Assembly: GCA_017435905.1 (NCBI GenBank)
Contig: JAFSEB010000071.1
Coordinates: 8-64,007, forward strand
Source: Clostridia bacterium
GTDB lineage: Bacteria; Bacillota; Clostridia; Christensenellales; CAG-138
DNA length: 64,000 nt
Direction of reading: 5' to 3'
The first letter of the stretch is position 1; each line of letters begins with the position of its first letter. Made by a program: the position numbers and the translations under genes. Below the pieces are notes generated by a model. The model was given only the letters and a program-made list of their open reading frames with translations, made no database searches and was not told where the DNA came from. Below are positions 9,006 through 19,258 of the stretch, piece by piece.

Positions 9006-9983
9006 ATGAGCGAACAGAAAGTACTTTTTGATGTACAGCATCTGCAGACCTACTTCCCCATCCTCGGCGGCGTTGTCCGCAAGACCGTTGGCTATGTGCA
9101 TGCGGTGGAAGATGTATCCTTCCAGATCCGGGAAAAGGAGACCTTCAGCCTTGTTGGTGAGTCCGGCTGCGGTAAATCCACCACCGGCCGCACCATCCTG
9201 CGCCTGATCGAGCCAACGAAAGGCAAGATCATCTTTGACGGTCAGGACCTCTGCCAGCTGGACAAGGAAAGCATGCGCAAGATGCGCCGCAACATGCAGC
9301 TGGTGTTCCAGGATCCCTACTCTTCCCTGAACCCCCGCATGACCGTGCGCAAGCTCCTTGAGGAGCCCCTTGATACCCACTTCAAGCTCACCCCTGCGGA
9401 AAAGGAAGAGCAGATCAAGTGGATCACCGAGGCTGTCGGCATCAACCCGGAGCACCTTGAGCGTTATCCGCACCAGTTCTCCGGCGGTCAGCGCCAGCGC
9501 ATCAGCATCGCCCGTGCGCTGATCACCAAGCCCAAGTTCGTCGTAGCCGACGAGCCGGTCTCCGCGCTTGACGTTTCCATTCAGGCACAGATCCTGAACC
9601 TGCTGATGGATCTGCAGAAGAATATGGAGCTTTCCTACCTCTTCATCTCCCACGACCTGAACGTTGTGCGCCACATCAGCAACCGTGTCGGCGTCATGTA
9701 CCTTGGCCGCATCGTGGAAATGGGCAACACCGAGGATGTTTATCAGAATCCGATGCATCCCTACACGCAGGCGCTTCTTTCTGCGATCCCCAAGCGTGAT
9801 CCGCTGGAAGAAAAGAAGCGCATCCGCCTTGAAGGCGACGTGCCCAGCCCCGCCAATCCGCCCAAGGGCTGTGCCTTCCATGACCGCTGCGTCCACTGCA
9901 TGGGCATCTGCTCCGAGCAGGTACCCGAAGCCCGTGAGTTGGAACCCGGCCACTTCGTGGCTTGCCATCTGTTCGACAAATAA
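9006..9983 (+). CDS. ABC ATPase (OppF/DppF-like)
   Basis: [31 protein letters not shown] end. Confidence 0.95.
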   Translation: MSEQKVLFDVQHLQTYFPILGGVVRKTVGYVHAVEDVSFQIREKETFSLVGESGCGKSTTGRTILRLIEPTKGKIIFDGQDLCQLDKESMRKMRRNMQLVFQDPYSSLNPRMTVRKLLEEPLDTHFKLTPAEKEEQIKWITEAVGINPEHLERYPHQFSGGQRQRISIARALITKPKFVVADEPVSALDVSIQAQILNLLMDLQKNMELSYLFISHDLNVVRHISNRVGVMYLGRIVEMGNTEDVYQNPMHPYTQALLSAIPKRDPLEEKKRIRLEGDVPSPANPPKGCAFHDRCVHCMGICSEQVPEARELEPGHFVACHLFDK

Positions 9984-10018
9984 GAACAGGCTTTCGGCAG
10001 TAAACCGGCAAACACACA

Positions 10019-10059
10019 AAAACGCAGACTTTCCCTTCCCGGGAGCGTCTGCGTTTTTT
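10019..10059. terminator. Intrinsic terminator between oppF and ferredoxin
   Basis: aaaacgcagac...gtctgcgtttttt hairpin between convergent genes. Confidence 0.75.
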
Positions 10060-10125
10060 ATGTGGGCGATATATCCGAATAAAAAAAGACCCTCTGCATG
10101 GAGGATCTTTCGCCACATATTCTGC

Positions 10126-10356
10126 TTATTTCATGAAGAGCTTCTGCAAAAAGGAGCGCTTTTTGACCGGCTTGGGGTCGGACTCCCCTTCCTTGACGAT
10201 AGCATCCATCGGGCAGGAATCCGCACAGGCGCCGCATGCAACGCACAGCGACTGATCGATCACAAAAACTTCGCTCTCTTTAATGGCATCCATCGGGCAA
10301 GCATCAACGCAGCTGCTGCAGGCAATGCATAAATCATCTTTGATCACATAGTTCAT
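10126..10356 (-). CDS. 2x[4Fe-4S] ferredoxin
   Basis: Two CxxCxxCxxxCP motifs; AAGGAGG RBS before ATG 10356. Confidence 0.9.
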   Translation of the reverse strand: MNYVIKDDLCIACSSCVDACPMDAIKESEVFVIDQSLCVACGACADSCPMDAIVKEGESDPKPVKKRSFLQKLFMK

Positions 10357-10592
10357 GACCGTTCCTCCTTCAGAGAAATAACAAATGGTATCCGGTGACA
10401 GCATACAGTAAAGGTGTTGCGGGTGTCAAGTAAGATGTATTAAGAAACGGCACAGCGTTGCCGCAAAGACCGTGCTTGCATTCCATGCTGCACACGTCTC
10501 GCCTGTGCCGCAAAATCCGGCCGCTAAAAACGCTCCACCGGAGCGTTTTTGCCCTCCGGGCACACGGCTTTGACTCCCTTCTTCTGTATAAC

Positions 10593-10632
10593 CAAAGGAA
10601 AACACCACCCTTTCGGGTGGTGTTTTCCTTTG
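10593..10632. terminator. Strong hairpin, probably the original tmRNA terminator displaced by the cassette
   Basis: caaaggaaaacaccaccc-tttc-gggtggtgttttcctttg, perfect 18-bp stem. Confidence 0.8.
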
Positions 10633-10713
10633 TCTATGGGCTATAAAAAAGATATTTTTGGCGTTTTGCTTATGAATTCGAACTCTCGCAAATCTAGTGC
10701 AACCATATTGTGA

Positions 10714-12384
10714 TTATTTGGATTTTTTGAGTTTTTCTCTAGCGCATACAGGGCAACCGTTTCCGTTGCTTCTGTTGTTTATTGTCGTTTCCCACTCATG
10801 TCCTTGGCCGCACTTCCACCATACTTTCTTATTGCTATTAGGCAATACATCCATAGGCGTTAATCCGTTGTTCTTTTCGTAGTTCCATTCATCTGCTAAG
10901 GTTGGATTAACTGTATATAAATCATTTTCACCTTTAATGGCGTACCTCCCTACACAATACGGGCATCTACACCCACTATGTCTGCTTGCTATCGTCGCTT
11001 GCCATTCGTGCCCTTTACTGCACTTCCACCATACCTTTTTATTACTGTTAGGTGCCACATCCATAGGTGTTAATCCGTTGTTCTTTTCATAATTCCATTC
11101 ACTTGCTAAAGATGGATTAATCGTTTGCAAATCATTATCGCCTATCATAGTTTTTACACCCGAGCAAAATGGACATCTGTGCCCTTTGTTTCTAGTATAA
11201 ATTGTCGCTTGCCATTCATGGCCTTTCCCGCACTTCCACCATACCTTTTTATTACTATTGGCTGAAAAATGTTCTGGTTTCAAATTTCCATTCTTTTCAT
11301 AATTCCACTCGTTTGCTATTTCTGGATTAGAAACCAAAATAGATTGTTCTTTTTCTGTATATTCACGCAAATTCTCTATAGCAATCGAGTCTCTTTCTAG
11401 ATCAATATCCACCTTAGTTTCAACGATTTCAGTCAAAATTGCTTCTAGTATTTGGGGTAAATCTTTCTGACCTTTTTGAACGACAAAATCTATGGAACTG
11501 TCATTAAGCGGCTGCAAACCCTCCCTTATCCTGTATAATTTGATTCCATCCATTTTACATTTTATATTTTTTTCTATATCCTTTTGCGCCTTATTTTTAT
11601 GCCAAAGATATCCATCGTATTCGATGGCTATTTTTTGTGATGGAATGTAAATATCTAACTCGTAACCATATTCCTTATATGAATGCACTACCTCTAAACC
11701 GTATTTTTTTAGATAATATACAAGGATATACTCAGGGAAAGACGTTTTCCGTTCAGAAGTGCAAACAGGGCACCCAATCCCTTTATTTCTGTTTGCTATC
11801 GTCGCTTGCCACTCGTGCCCTTTACTACACTTCCACCATACTTTTTTATGGCTATTAGGCGTTACTTCCGTAGGTGTTAATCCGTCGTTTTTTTCGTAGT
11901 TCCACTCGTTTGCTAAAGCTGGATTAACTGTTGATAAATCATTTTCATCTTTAATAGTGTATAGATTTGCGCAGTAGGGACAACCATTTCCATTATTTCT
12001 ACTTGCTATTGATGCTTGCCATTCATGTCCTTTTCTGCACCTCCACCATGCTTTTTTATTGCTGTTAGGCAATACATCCATGGGAGTTAACCCACCGTTC
12101 TTTGCATAATTCCATTCATCTGCTAAAGCTGGATTAACTGTTGATAAATCATTTTCGCCTTTAATAGCGTACCTCCCCGCGCAGTACGGGCACCCACATC
12201 CGCCATATCTGCTTGCTACCTTCGCTTGCCATTCGTGTCCTTTGCTGCATATCCACCAAACTTTTTTATTACTTCCAAGAGTTAGTTGCGCTGGGGTAAC
12301 ATCTGTATTTCTTTCCCAACTCCATTCATCCATAAGTTGAGCATTTTCCGATATATACTGTTTTTCTGACATAGTTTTACTCAA
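10714..12384 (-). CDS. Zinc-ribbon repeat protein (DUF4379-like, 3+3 repeats) with central Vsr/DUF559-like endonuclease domain
   Basis: Six repeats of EW..xKN..L.P..V.PNSNKKVWWKCxKGHEWQA....R..G.GCPxC; centre SFPE...ELDIYIP..KIAIEYDG..WH...D..KN. True start may be ATG 12372 after GAGGAG. Confidence 0.85.
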   Translation of the reverse strand: MSKTMSEKQYISENAQLMDEWSWERNTDVTPAQLTLGSNKKVWWICSKGHEWQAKVASRYGGCGCPYCAGRYAIKGENDLSTVNPALADEWNYAKNGGLTPMDVLPNSNKKAWWRCRKGHEWQASIASRNNGNGCPYCANLYTIKDENDLSTVNPALANEWNYEKNDGLTPTEVTPNSHKKVWWKCSKGHEWQATIANRNKGIGCPVCTSERKTSFPEYILVYYLKKYGLEVVHSYKEYGYELDIYIPSQKIAIEYDGYLWHKNKAQKDIEKNIKCKMDGIKLYRIREGLQPLNDSSIDFVVQKGQKDLPQILEAILTEIVETKVDIDLERDSIAIENLREYTEKEQSILVSNPEIANEWNYEKNGNLKPEHFSANSNKKVWWKCGKGHEWQATIYTRNKGHRCPFCSGVKTMIGDNDLQTINPSLASEWNYEKNNGLTPMDVAPNSNKKVWWKCSKGHEWQATIASRHSGCRCPYCVGRYAIKGENDLYTVNPTLADEWNYEKNNGLTPMDVLPNSNKKVWWKCGQGHEWETTINNRSNGNGCPVCAREKLKKSK

Positions 12385-12390
12385 CTCCTC

Positions 12391-13071
12391 TTAATCTATT
12401 TCAATATGCTTTATATTGTAATCAACATAGTGCTGCATCTCGGGAAACTGAAGATATTCCCTTTTATCCGTTTCTAAATTTCGGAGAACCATTTTTCTGT
12501 CAAATGAAATATAAATTACGTATAAATGTTTTTTAGATGTATCAGTAGTCGCAGACAGTTCTCTATAAATCTTTTTAAGAAGGTCAGATGCTCCTACAAG
12601 TGGAAAACCTTCAAAATCAAAAACAATCGGATACGGAATGAAGAATATTACATTTTCATCCGATTTAGTCTTGCTGATATTGTTCTTCATTTTTTTGAAT
12701 AGATTTAGTTCTATAATCGGCTTTTTTTGATCTCCCACAAAGCAATACTGAAACTCTAACGCTTCATTGTGCAATTCAGTTGTTAATGCACCAGCATCGC
12801 CTTTTCGACCACCAATCATTTGTCCTTGTCTTTTATCAATAGGGATTTTAGCGTCAAATTTCTCTCCAGTAACAGCATCAACGAAATCACACTCGCCGTT
12901 AGCTTGCTTCTCCTGATGGATGTATTGACCGGGAAAAATTGTTTTAGATGCATTCATTAAATCTAAAATAATTCTTTCATAGTTACCTGATTTGATTAGA
13001 TCTTTAATATCGTTATGAATTGTAGAGTAAATGCTGTAATAGTTCTTTAATAAATCCATTTCATTTATCAC
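12391..13071 (-). CDS. Hypothetical protein, putative PD-(D/E)XK nuclease fold
   Basis: 226 aa AT-rich ORF; helix with YE, then GECDFVD...EKFDAK; 6 bp from the downstream gene. Confidence 0.6.
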   Translation of the reverse strand: MINEMDLLKNYYSIYSTIHNDIKDLIKSGNYERIILDLMNASKTIFPGQYIHQEKQANGECDFVDAVTGEKFDAKIPIDKRQGQMIGGRKGDAGALTTELHNEALEFQYCFVGDQKKPIIELNLFKKMKNNISKTKSDENVIFFIPYPIVFDFEGFPLVGASDLLKKIYRELSATTDTSKKHLYVIYISFDRKMVLRNLETDKREYLQFPEMQHYVDYNIKHIEID

Positions 13072-13094
13072 TTCAGCAAAAATAATATTTATCT

Positions 13095-13123
13095 ATTATA
13101 TCATATTTCTGCATTTCTTTCAA
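13095..13123 (-). promoter_or_regulatory. Near-consensus sigma-A promoter inside the cassette
   Basis: TTGAAA-17-TATAAT with TG extension (tgatataat). Confidence 0.7.
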
Positions 13124-13298
13124 TTCCTACTCAAAATGCTATAAAAAAATAGACTTTTACGAGAGTTCAAGTCTGTTCTGTGAAAAACACCTTTTTTGTA
13201 CATTCAAATCGATAACCGAAATTTTGCCCATAAAAACAGAAAAAGCCCTGATAAAATCAGAGTTTTTCTGTGGCTATATCTTTTTTGTAGCCCTTTGA

Positions 13299-13650
13299 TG
13301 GTGGAGACGAGGGGAGTCGAACCCCTGTCCGAAAACCCGTCCACAAGACTTTCTACGAGCGTAGCCGCTGTTTTGTCATTCCCTCCATCCTGCCCCCAAC
13401 GGCAGGGTCAGGACTTTGGTAGCTTCATAAGATCCCACCTGCGGCAAAGCTTACGCAGGCTGGTTCCCCACATTATTGACGCCCGTTGACCCGGTCGTGG
13501 GCAACCGGGGACGGACGGTCACTGCTTAAGCAGCGACGGGTACGAAATTAGATTCGTCAGTTAATTTTTAATTCCCGTTTTTAACGAAGCACGGGGCTTC
13601 GGCTCGCTTATCCGGCTTCAGCGATCCCCGTCGAAACCATTTACGCCCCC
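13299..13650 (-). ncRNA. ssrA: tmRNA; predicted tag (A)DESNFVPVAA
   Basis: 5' GGGGGCG..GGUUUCGAC; 3' GACAGGGGUUCGACUCCCCUCGUCUCCACCA; G3-U acceptor pair; tag frame 13558-13526 ending GCU GCU UAA; adjacent to smpB. Confidence 0.97.
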
Positions 13651-13690
13651 ATAAAGCGCCGCCGTACCCTTGCGGCGCATACAGGCTTTT

Positions 13691-14167
13691 TTAGTAATCC
13701 GCATTCTTCATGCGGCGGTCGATATCACGCTTGGCATCACGCTCTGCGATGCTGTGGCGCTTATCGTAAAGCTTTTTGCCCTTTGCCACCGCCAGCTCCA
13801 TCTTCACAAGACCATCGCGAAGGTAGAGTCGAAGGGGGATCAGGCTGTAGCCATCCGCCTGGGCAAGAGCGTGGAGCTTGCGGATCTCCTGCTTGTGCAG
13901 CAGCAGCTTCCTTTGGCGGAAAGGATCCGCATTAAAGATGTTGCCCTGCTCATAGGGACTCACATGCATGCCCACGATGAATGCCTCGCCGTTCTTGATC
14001 TGGGCATAGGAATCCTTGAGATTCACCTTGCCTGCACGGATGCTTTTTACCTCCGTACCCACCAGTGCAAGACCGCATTCGTAAGTATCTTCGATGAAAT
14101 ACTCATGCCGTGCTTTGCGGTTTTCCGCGATCTGCCTGACGCCTTTTTTGATCGGCAACACATTCAC
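13691..14167 (-). CDS. smpB: SsrA-binding protein
   Basis: [36 protein letters not shown]; start may be TTG 14158. Confidence 0.97.
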   Translation of the reverse strand: MNVLPIKKGVRQIAENRKARHEYFIEDTYECGLALVGTEVKSIRAGKVNLKDSYAQIKNGEAFIVGMHVSPYEQGNIFNADPFRQRKLLLHKQEIRKLHALAQADGYSLIPLRLYLRDGLVKMELAVAKGKKLYDKRHSIAERDAKRDIDRRMKNADY

Positions 14168-14206
14168 CTCCTTTTCGGGTTATCCAAAGCGGTATTGTTT
14201 ATTATA

Positions 14207-16495
14207 CTATTTTCCTTTGCGCTTTGCAACTTTGCCCGCACGGTTTGTGCGCCGTTCTTTCCGCCCTGCCGGTTTTTCCTTTTTCCGTTTCGGATAAGGA
14301 GCACTTTTCTTCCCGACAGAAGACGGTTTTGCACTCTTTCTTTCGCTCTTCCCCGTCTTCCCCGGCTTTTCCTGTTTTTCCGGGATCAGTTCAAGCTCCA
14401 CCCTGGCATTTGCCATATCGACGCCCGTCACACGCACCTTGACAGAGTCGCCAAGGCGATAGGTACGGCCGCCGTTTTTTCCGCTGAGGCGATAGTTTTT
14501 CTGATCGATGACGAACCCATCCCCGGGAATGGAGGCGATGCGCACCATGCCCTCCACGGTGTTCGGAAACTCCACAAACAACCCGAACTGTGTCACGCCG
14601 CTGATGATGCCTTCCTCCACCGCACCGATGCGGCTGAGCATATATTCTGCCTTTTTGAGATCATCCGCCGCACGTTCCGCCTCCATGGCAGCAAGCTCAC
14701 GGTCGGAGCAGTGCTGCATCATATCGGGAAGATCCGCATCGTATCGGTCGGCACGCTTTTTCGTCATTTTGCCGTGCATGATCTCCTTGAGCATGCGGTG
14801 CGCCACAAGATCGGGATAACGGCGAATAGGCGAAGTAAAATGGCAGTAGTGCTCCGCCGCAAGGCCAAAGTGACCGACGCAATCCGCCGCATAGCGTGCT
14901 TTCTTCATGGAACGCAGCACGACACGGCTCACCACGCTCTCCTCTGGCGTACCCTTTGCCTTTTCCAGCATCCGCTGAAATACGATGGGACGCACACGGC
15001 CCGTATTCTTAAGCCCGTAGCCCAGCGTATGCAAAAAGGCATTGAGATCCTCAAGCTTCGTTTCATCCGGCTTCTCGTGGATGCGGTAAGCAAAGGACAA
15101 ACCGAGATCATCCGCATGTTTCGCCACAGTCTCGTTGGCGGCGAGCATGAACTCCTCGATCATGCGCTCTGCGCTTCCACGCTCCGCTGCCATTACATCC
15201 ACCGCTTTTCCTTTTTCATCAAGGGTGATCTTCGCTTCCGGAAGTTCAAAATCGATAGCACCCCGTTTCACCCGTTTTGCATGCAGGATCTCCATGAGTT
15301 CACGCATCTCACAGAGCATGGGCACAACATCCTCATAGCGCTTGCACAGCGCCGTATCCCCGTCAAAAATAGCGTTAACGTCATCATAGGTCATCCTGTG
15401 TGCGGTTTTAATGACGCTCTCCGCAAAGCGGTGAGAAAGGATGCTGCCGCTTTCATCGATCTCCATAAAACAGGAGAGCGTCAGCTTCTCGGTGCCTTCC
15501 GTTAAGGAGCAAACGCCGTTTGAAATATCCGGCGGGAACATGGGCAGCACCCTGTCCGGGAAATATACGCTCGTACCACGCTTATATGCCTCTGTATCAA
15601 GCGCCGTGCCTGTTTTGACGTAATGGCTCACATCTGCGATATGAACGCCGAGAAGCCGGTTTTCGCCGTTTTTTGTAAGGGATACCGCATCGTCAAGATC
15701 CTTTGCATCCGCACCGTCGACGGTGATGATCTGCATACTGCGAAGGTCTTCCCTTGAAGCAGCAGCTTCCGGTGAAAGGGGCTTATTGAGCTGCTTTGCA
15801 TACCGCAGGGCTGCCTTTGAAAAATCCACGGGCAGGTCGAGCCGTTTGATAATGGAAAGGATATCCGTGCCCGCTTCGTTCCTGCCGCCGATGATCTCTT
15901 CGATCTCGCCCATCATCGGGCGGCGCCCGTCACCGTGCTGCGTGATCCTGACGACGACCTTATCGCCATGGCGCAGCTTCTTTTCGGTGGGACGGAACAG
16001 CAGCACATCCTCCGCAATGCGGGCATCATCCGGAATGACGTATCCGAATTCATCCTCCCCACGTTCATATGTGCCCACAAGGCGTGTCAGTGCACGCTCT
16101 GCGATCAGCACTACCTCTGCCTCCGGTGCACCGTTGCGGCCGATACGGGGCGTTTCCCGCACCCATACCTTGTCGCCGTGCATAGCGCCTCGCAGATCGG
16201 CTGCTGGGATGTAAAGATCGCTTCCGCCTTCCTGCGGAATGAAAAAGCCAAAGCCCCTTGCATTGCCCTGTATCCGCCCGTAGCGAAGACCGCTTTGCTC
16301 GGGAAGGGCAAGCTTTCTCTTACGGGTCAAAAGAAGCTTTCCGCCCGCCAGCATTTTGCCGACAGAGGTCATTGCCTCCTCCTGTTCCGTTTCATCGAAC
16401 ATGGTAAAAAGCGTTTCCTGCTCAATGGGGCACCCGGCATCCCGAAGCGCTTCCCTGATGCGCATTTCCATTGTGACCGTTTCCGTGTTGTTCAC
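14207..16495 (-). CDS. rnr: Ribonuclease R
   Basis: TVDGADAKDLDDA, HFTSPIRRYPDL, S1 domain, basic tail; between secG and smpB. Confidence 0.96.
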   Translation of the reverse strand: MNNTETVTMEMRIREALRDAGCPIEQETLFTMFDETEQEEAMTSVGKMLAGGKLLLTRKRKLALPEQSGLRYGRIQGNARGFGFFIPQEGGSDLYIPAADLRGAMHGDKVWVRETPRIGRNGAPEAEVVLIAERALTRLVGTYERGEDEFGYVIPDDARIAEDVLLFRPTEKKLRHGDKVVVRITQHGDGRRPMMGEIEEIIGGRNEAGTDILSIIKRLDLPVDFSKAALRYAKQLNKPLSPEAAASREDLRSMQIITVDGADAKDLDDAVSLTKNGENRLLGVHIADVSHYVKTGTALDTEAYKRGTSVYFPDRVLPMFPPDISNGVCSLTEGTEKLTLSCFMEIDESGSILSHRFAESVIKTAHRMTYDDVNAIFDGDTALCKRYEDVVPMLCEMRELMEILHAKRVKRGAIDFELPEAKITLDEKGKAVDVMAAERGSAERMIEEFMLAANETVAKHADDLGLSFAYRIHEKPDETKLEDLNAFLHTLGYGLKNTGRVRPIVFQRMLEKAKGTPEESVVSRVVLRSMKKARYAADCVGHFGLAAEHYCHFTSPIRRYPDLVAHRMLKEIMHGKMTKKRADRYDADLPDMMQHCSDRELAAMEAERAADDLKKAEYMLSRIGAVEEGIISGVTQFGLFVEFPNTVEGMVRIASIPGDGFVIDQKNYRLSGKNGGRTYRLGDSVKVRVTGVDMANARVELELIPEKQEKPGKTGKSERKSAKPSSVGKKSAPYPKRKKEKPAGRKERRTNRAGKVAKRKGK

Positions 16496-16587
16496 CTTCT
16501 TTCACAGTGACATGTTTCCCTTTTTACCGGGTTTCAAACAAAAAAATGTGCCTGCATTGCTGCAGGCACATCGGTGTTGTGTTTCGC

Positions 16588-16821
16588 TTATGCGATGATC
16601 ATCATGGCGATCGCAAGGACGCCGATGACGGCGGCAAGGATCACGGTGATCTTCTGAAGCTTTGCTTCCTTGCTGGCTGCACGGCCGCGAGCGGTGAAGG
16701 ACGCGGTATCGCCACCGAAAGCGCCGCCAAGACCGGCACTCTTGGTCTGCTGCAGAAGAACCACAGCGATGAGAGCGATGGAAGCAAGAATGAGGACTAT
16801 GTTAATGATGATGCTTAACAT
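16588..16821 (-). CDS. secG: Preprotein translocase subunit SecG
   Basis: Two TM segments, VLLQ..KSAGLGGAFGG; conserved position. Confidence 0.93.
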   Translation of the reverse strand: MLSIIINIVLILASIALIAVVLLQQTKSAGLGGAFGGDTASFTARGRAASKEAKLQKITVILAAVIGVLAIAMMIIA

Positions 16822-16934
16822 TTACTACAACCTCCTAATTGACTGCAACACGCATTATATCATGCGAAGACCGAAAGCGCAAGCATTTTCGGCGTTTCTT
16901 CCGAAGAAAGGTGCGCTGTTTCGGCATTTTTCCT

Positions 16935-18467
<1,533 letters not shown>

Positions 18468-18483
18468 AATACCCTCTGATTTC

Positions 18484-19233
18484 TCAATATTTCACAACTT
18501 TGGAAAAATCTTCCGCCTTCAGGCTTGCACCGCCGATGAGGCCGCCGTCGATCTCGGGCATTGCCATCAGTTCTGCCGCATTCTTCGGGTTCATGCTGCC
18601 GCCGTACTGGATGCGGACGGCCTCTGCGTTCTCCTTGCCGTAAAGCTTCTTCACGGTTTCACGGATGCAGGCAATGGTCTCATTGGCCTGCTCCTTGGTA
18701 GCAGTCTTGCCGGTACCGATGGCCCAGATGGGCTCGTAAGCGATAACAAGCGCCTTGACATCTTCCACTTCGATGCCTGCAAGCGCCTTTTCCGCCTGAG
18801 CGGAAACGATGGCTTCGGTCTTGCCGGTCTCACGCTCTTCAAGGGATTCACCCACGCAGATGATGGGAGTGATGCCGGCGGCGATGGCTGCCTTTGTGCG
18901 CATGTTCACGGTCTCATCGGTCTCGCCGAAGTACTGCCTGCGCTCGCTGTGGCCGATGATGGCGTAGGAAACGCCGACTTCCTTGAGCATCTTTGCGCTG
19001 ATCTCGCCGGTGAAAGCGCCCTTTTCCGCCCAATGGATGTTCTGTGCACCGAGGGCGATGTTGGTGCCCTTCACAAGCTCCGCTGCCGTGGGGAGGACAA
19101 GATAAGGGGGACAGATGACCACATCCGCCTGCGCATCCTGCACGAGGGGGATGAGTGCGCTGATAAGTTCCTTTGCTTCCGCAGGTGTCATGTTCATTTT
19201 CCAGTTGCCTGCGATGATGGGTTTGCGTGCCAT
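18484..19233 (-). CDS. tpiA: Triosephosphate isomerase
   Basis: AGNWKMN, GHSERR, AYEPIWAIGTG, YGGS, IGGASL. Confidence 0.98.
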   Translation of the reverse strand: MARKPIIAGNWKMNMTPAEAKELISALIPLVQDAQADVVICPPYLVLPTAAELVKGTNIALGAQNIHWAEKGAFTGEISAKMLKEVGVSYAIIGHSERRQYFGETDETVNMRTKAAIAAGITPIICVGESLEERETGKTEAIVSAQAEKALAGIEVEDVKALVIAYEPIWAIGTGKTATKEQANETIACIRETVKKLYGKENAEAVRIQYGGSMNPKNAAELMAMPEIDGGLIGGASLKAEDFSKVVKY

Positions 19234-19258
19234 ATTGTCAACTTCTCCTTTGAAGATA

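Larger units (their letters stand above)
10638..13293. mobile_element. AT-rich non-autonomous cassette at the 3' end of tmRNA with terminal inverted repeats
   Basis: Abrupt AT enrichment; gggctataaaaaagatat (10638-10655) vs revcomp gggctacaaaaaagatat (13276-13293); inner pair 10680-10692 / 13156-13168; no integrase or transposase ORF. Confidence 0.75.

Noticed and set aside
10714-12384. CRISPR array or DGR template/variable repeats
   Set aside because: The repeats are in-frame 210-bp coding units without unique spacers; no cas or reverse transcriptase gene is present and differences are not confined to adenines.
13299-13335. Stand-alone tRNA or attR duplicate
   Set aside because: It is the 3' tRNA-like domain of the complete tmRNA (5' end at 13650, tag ORF present).
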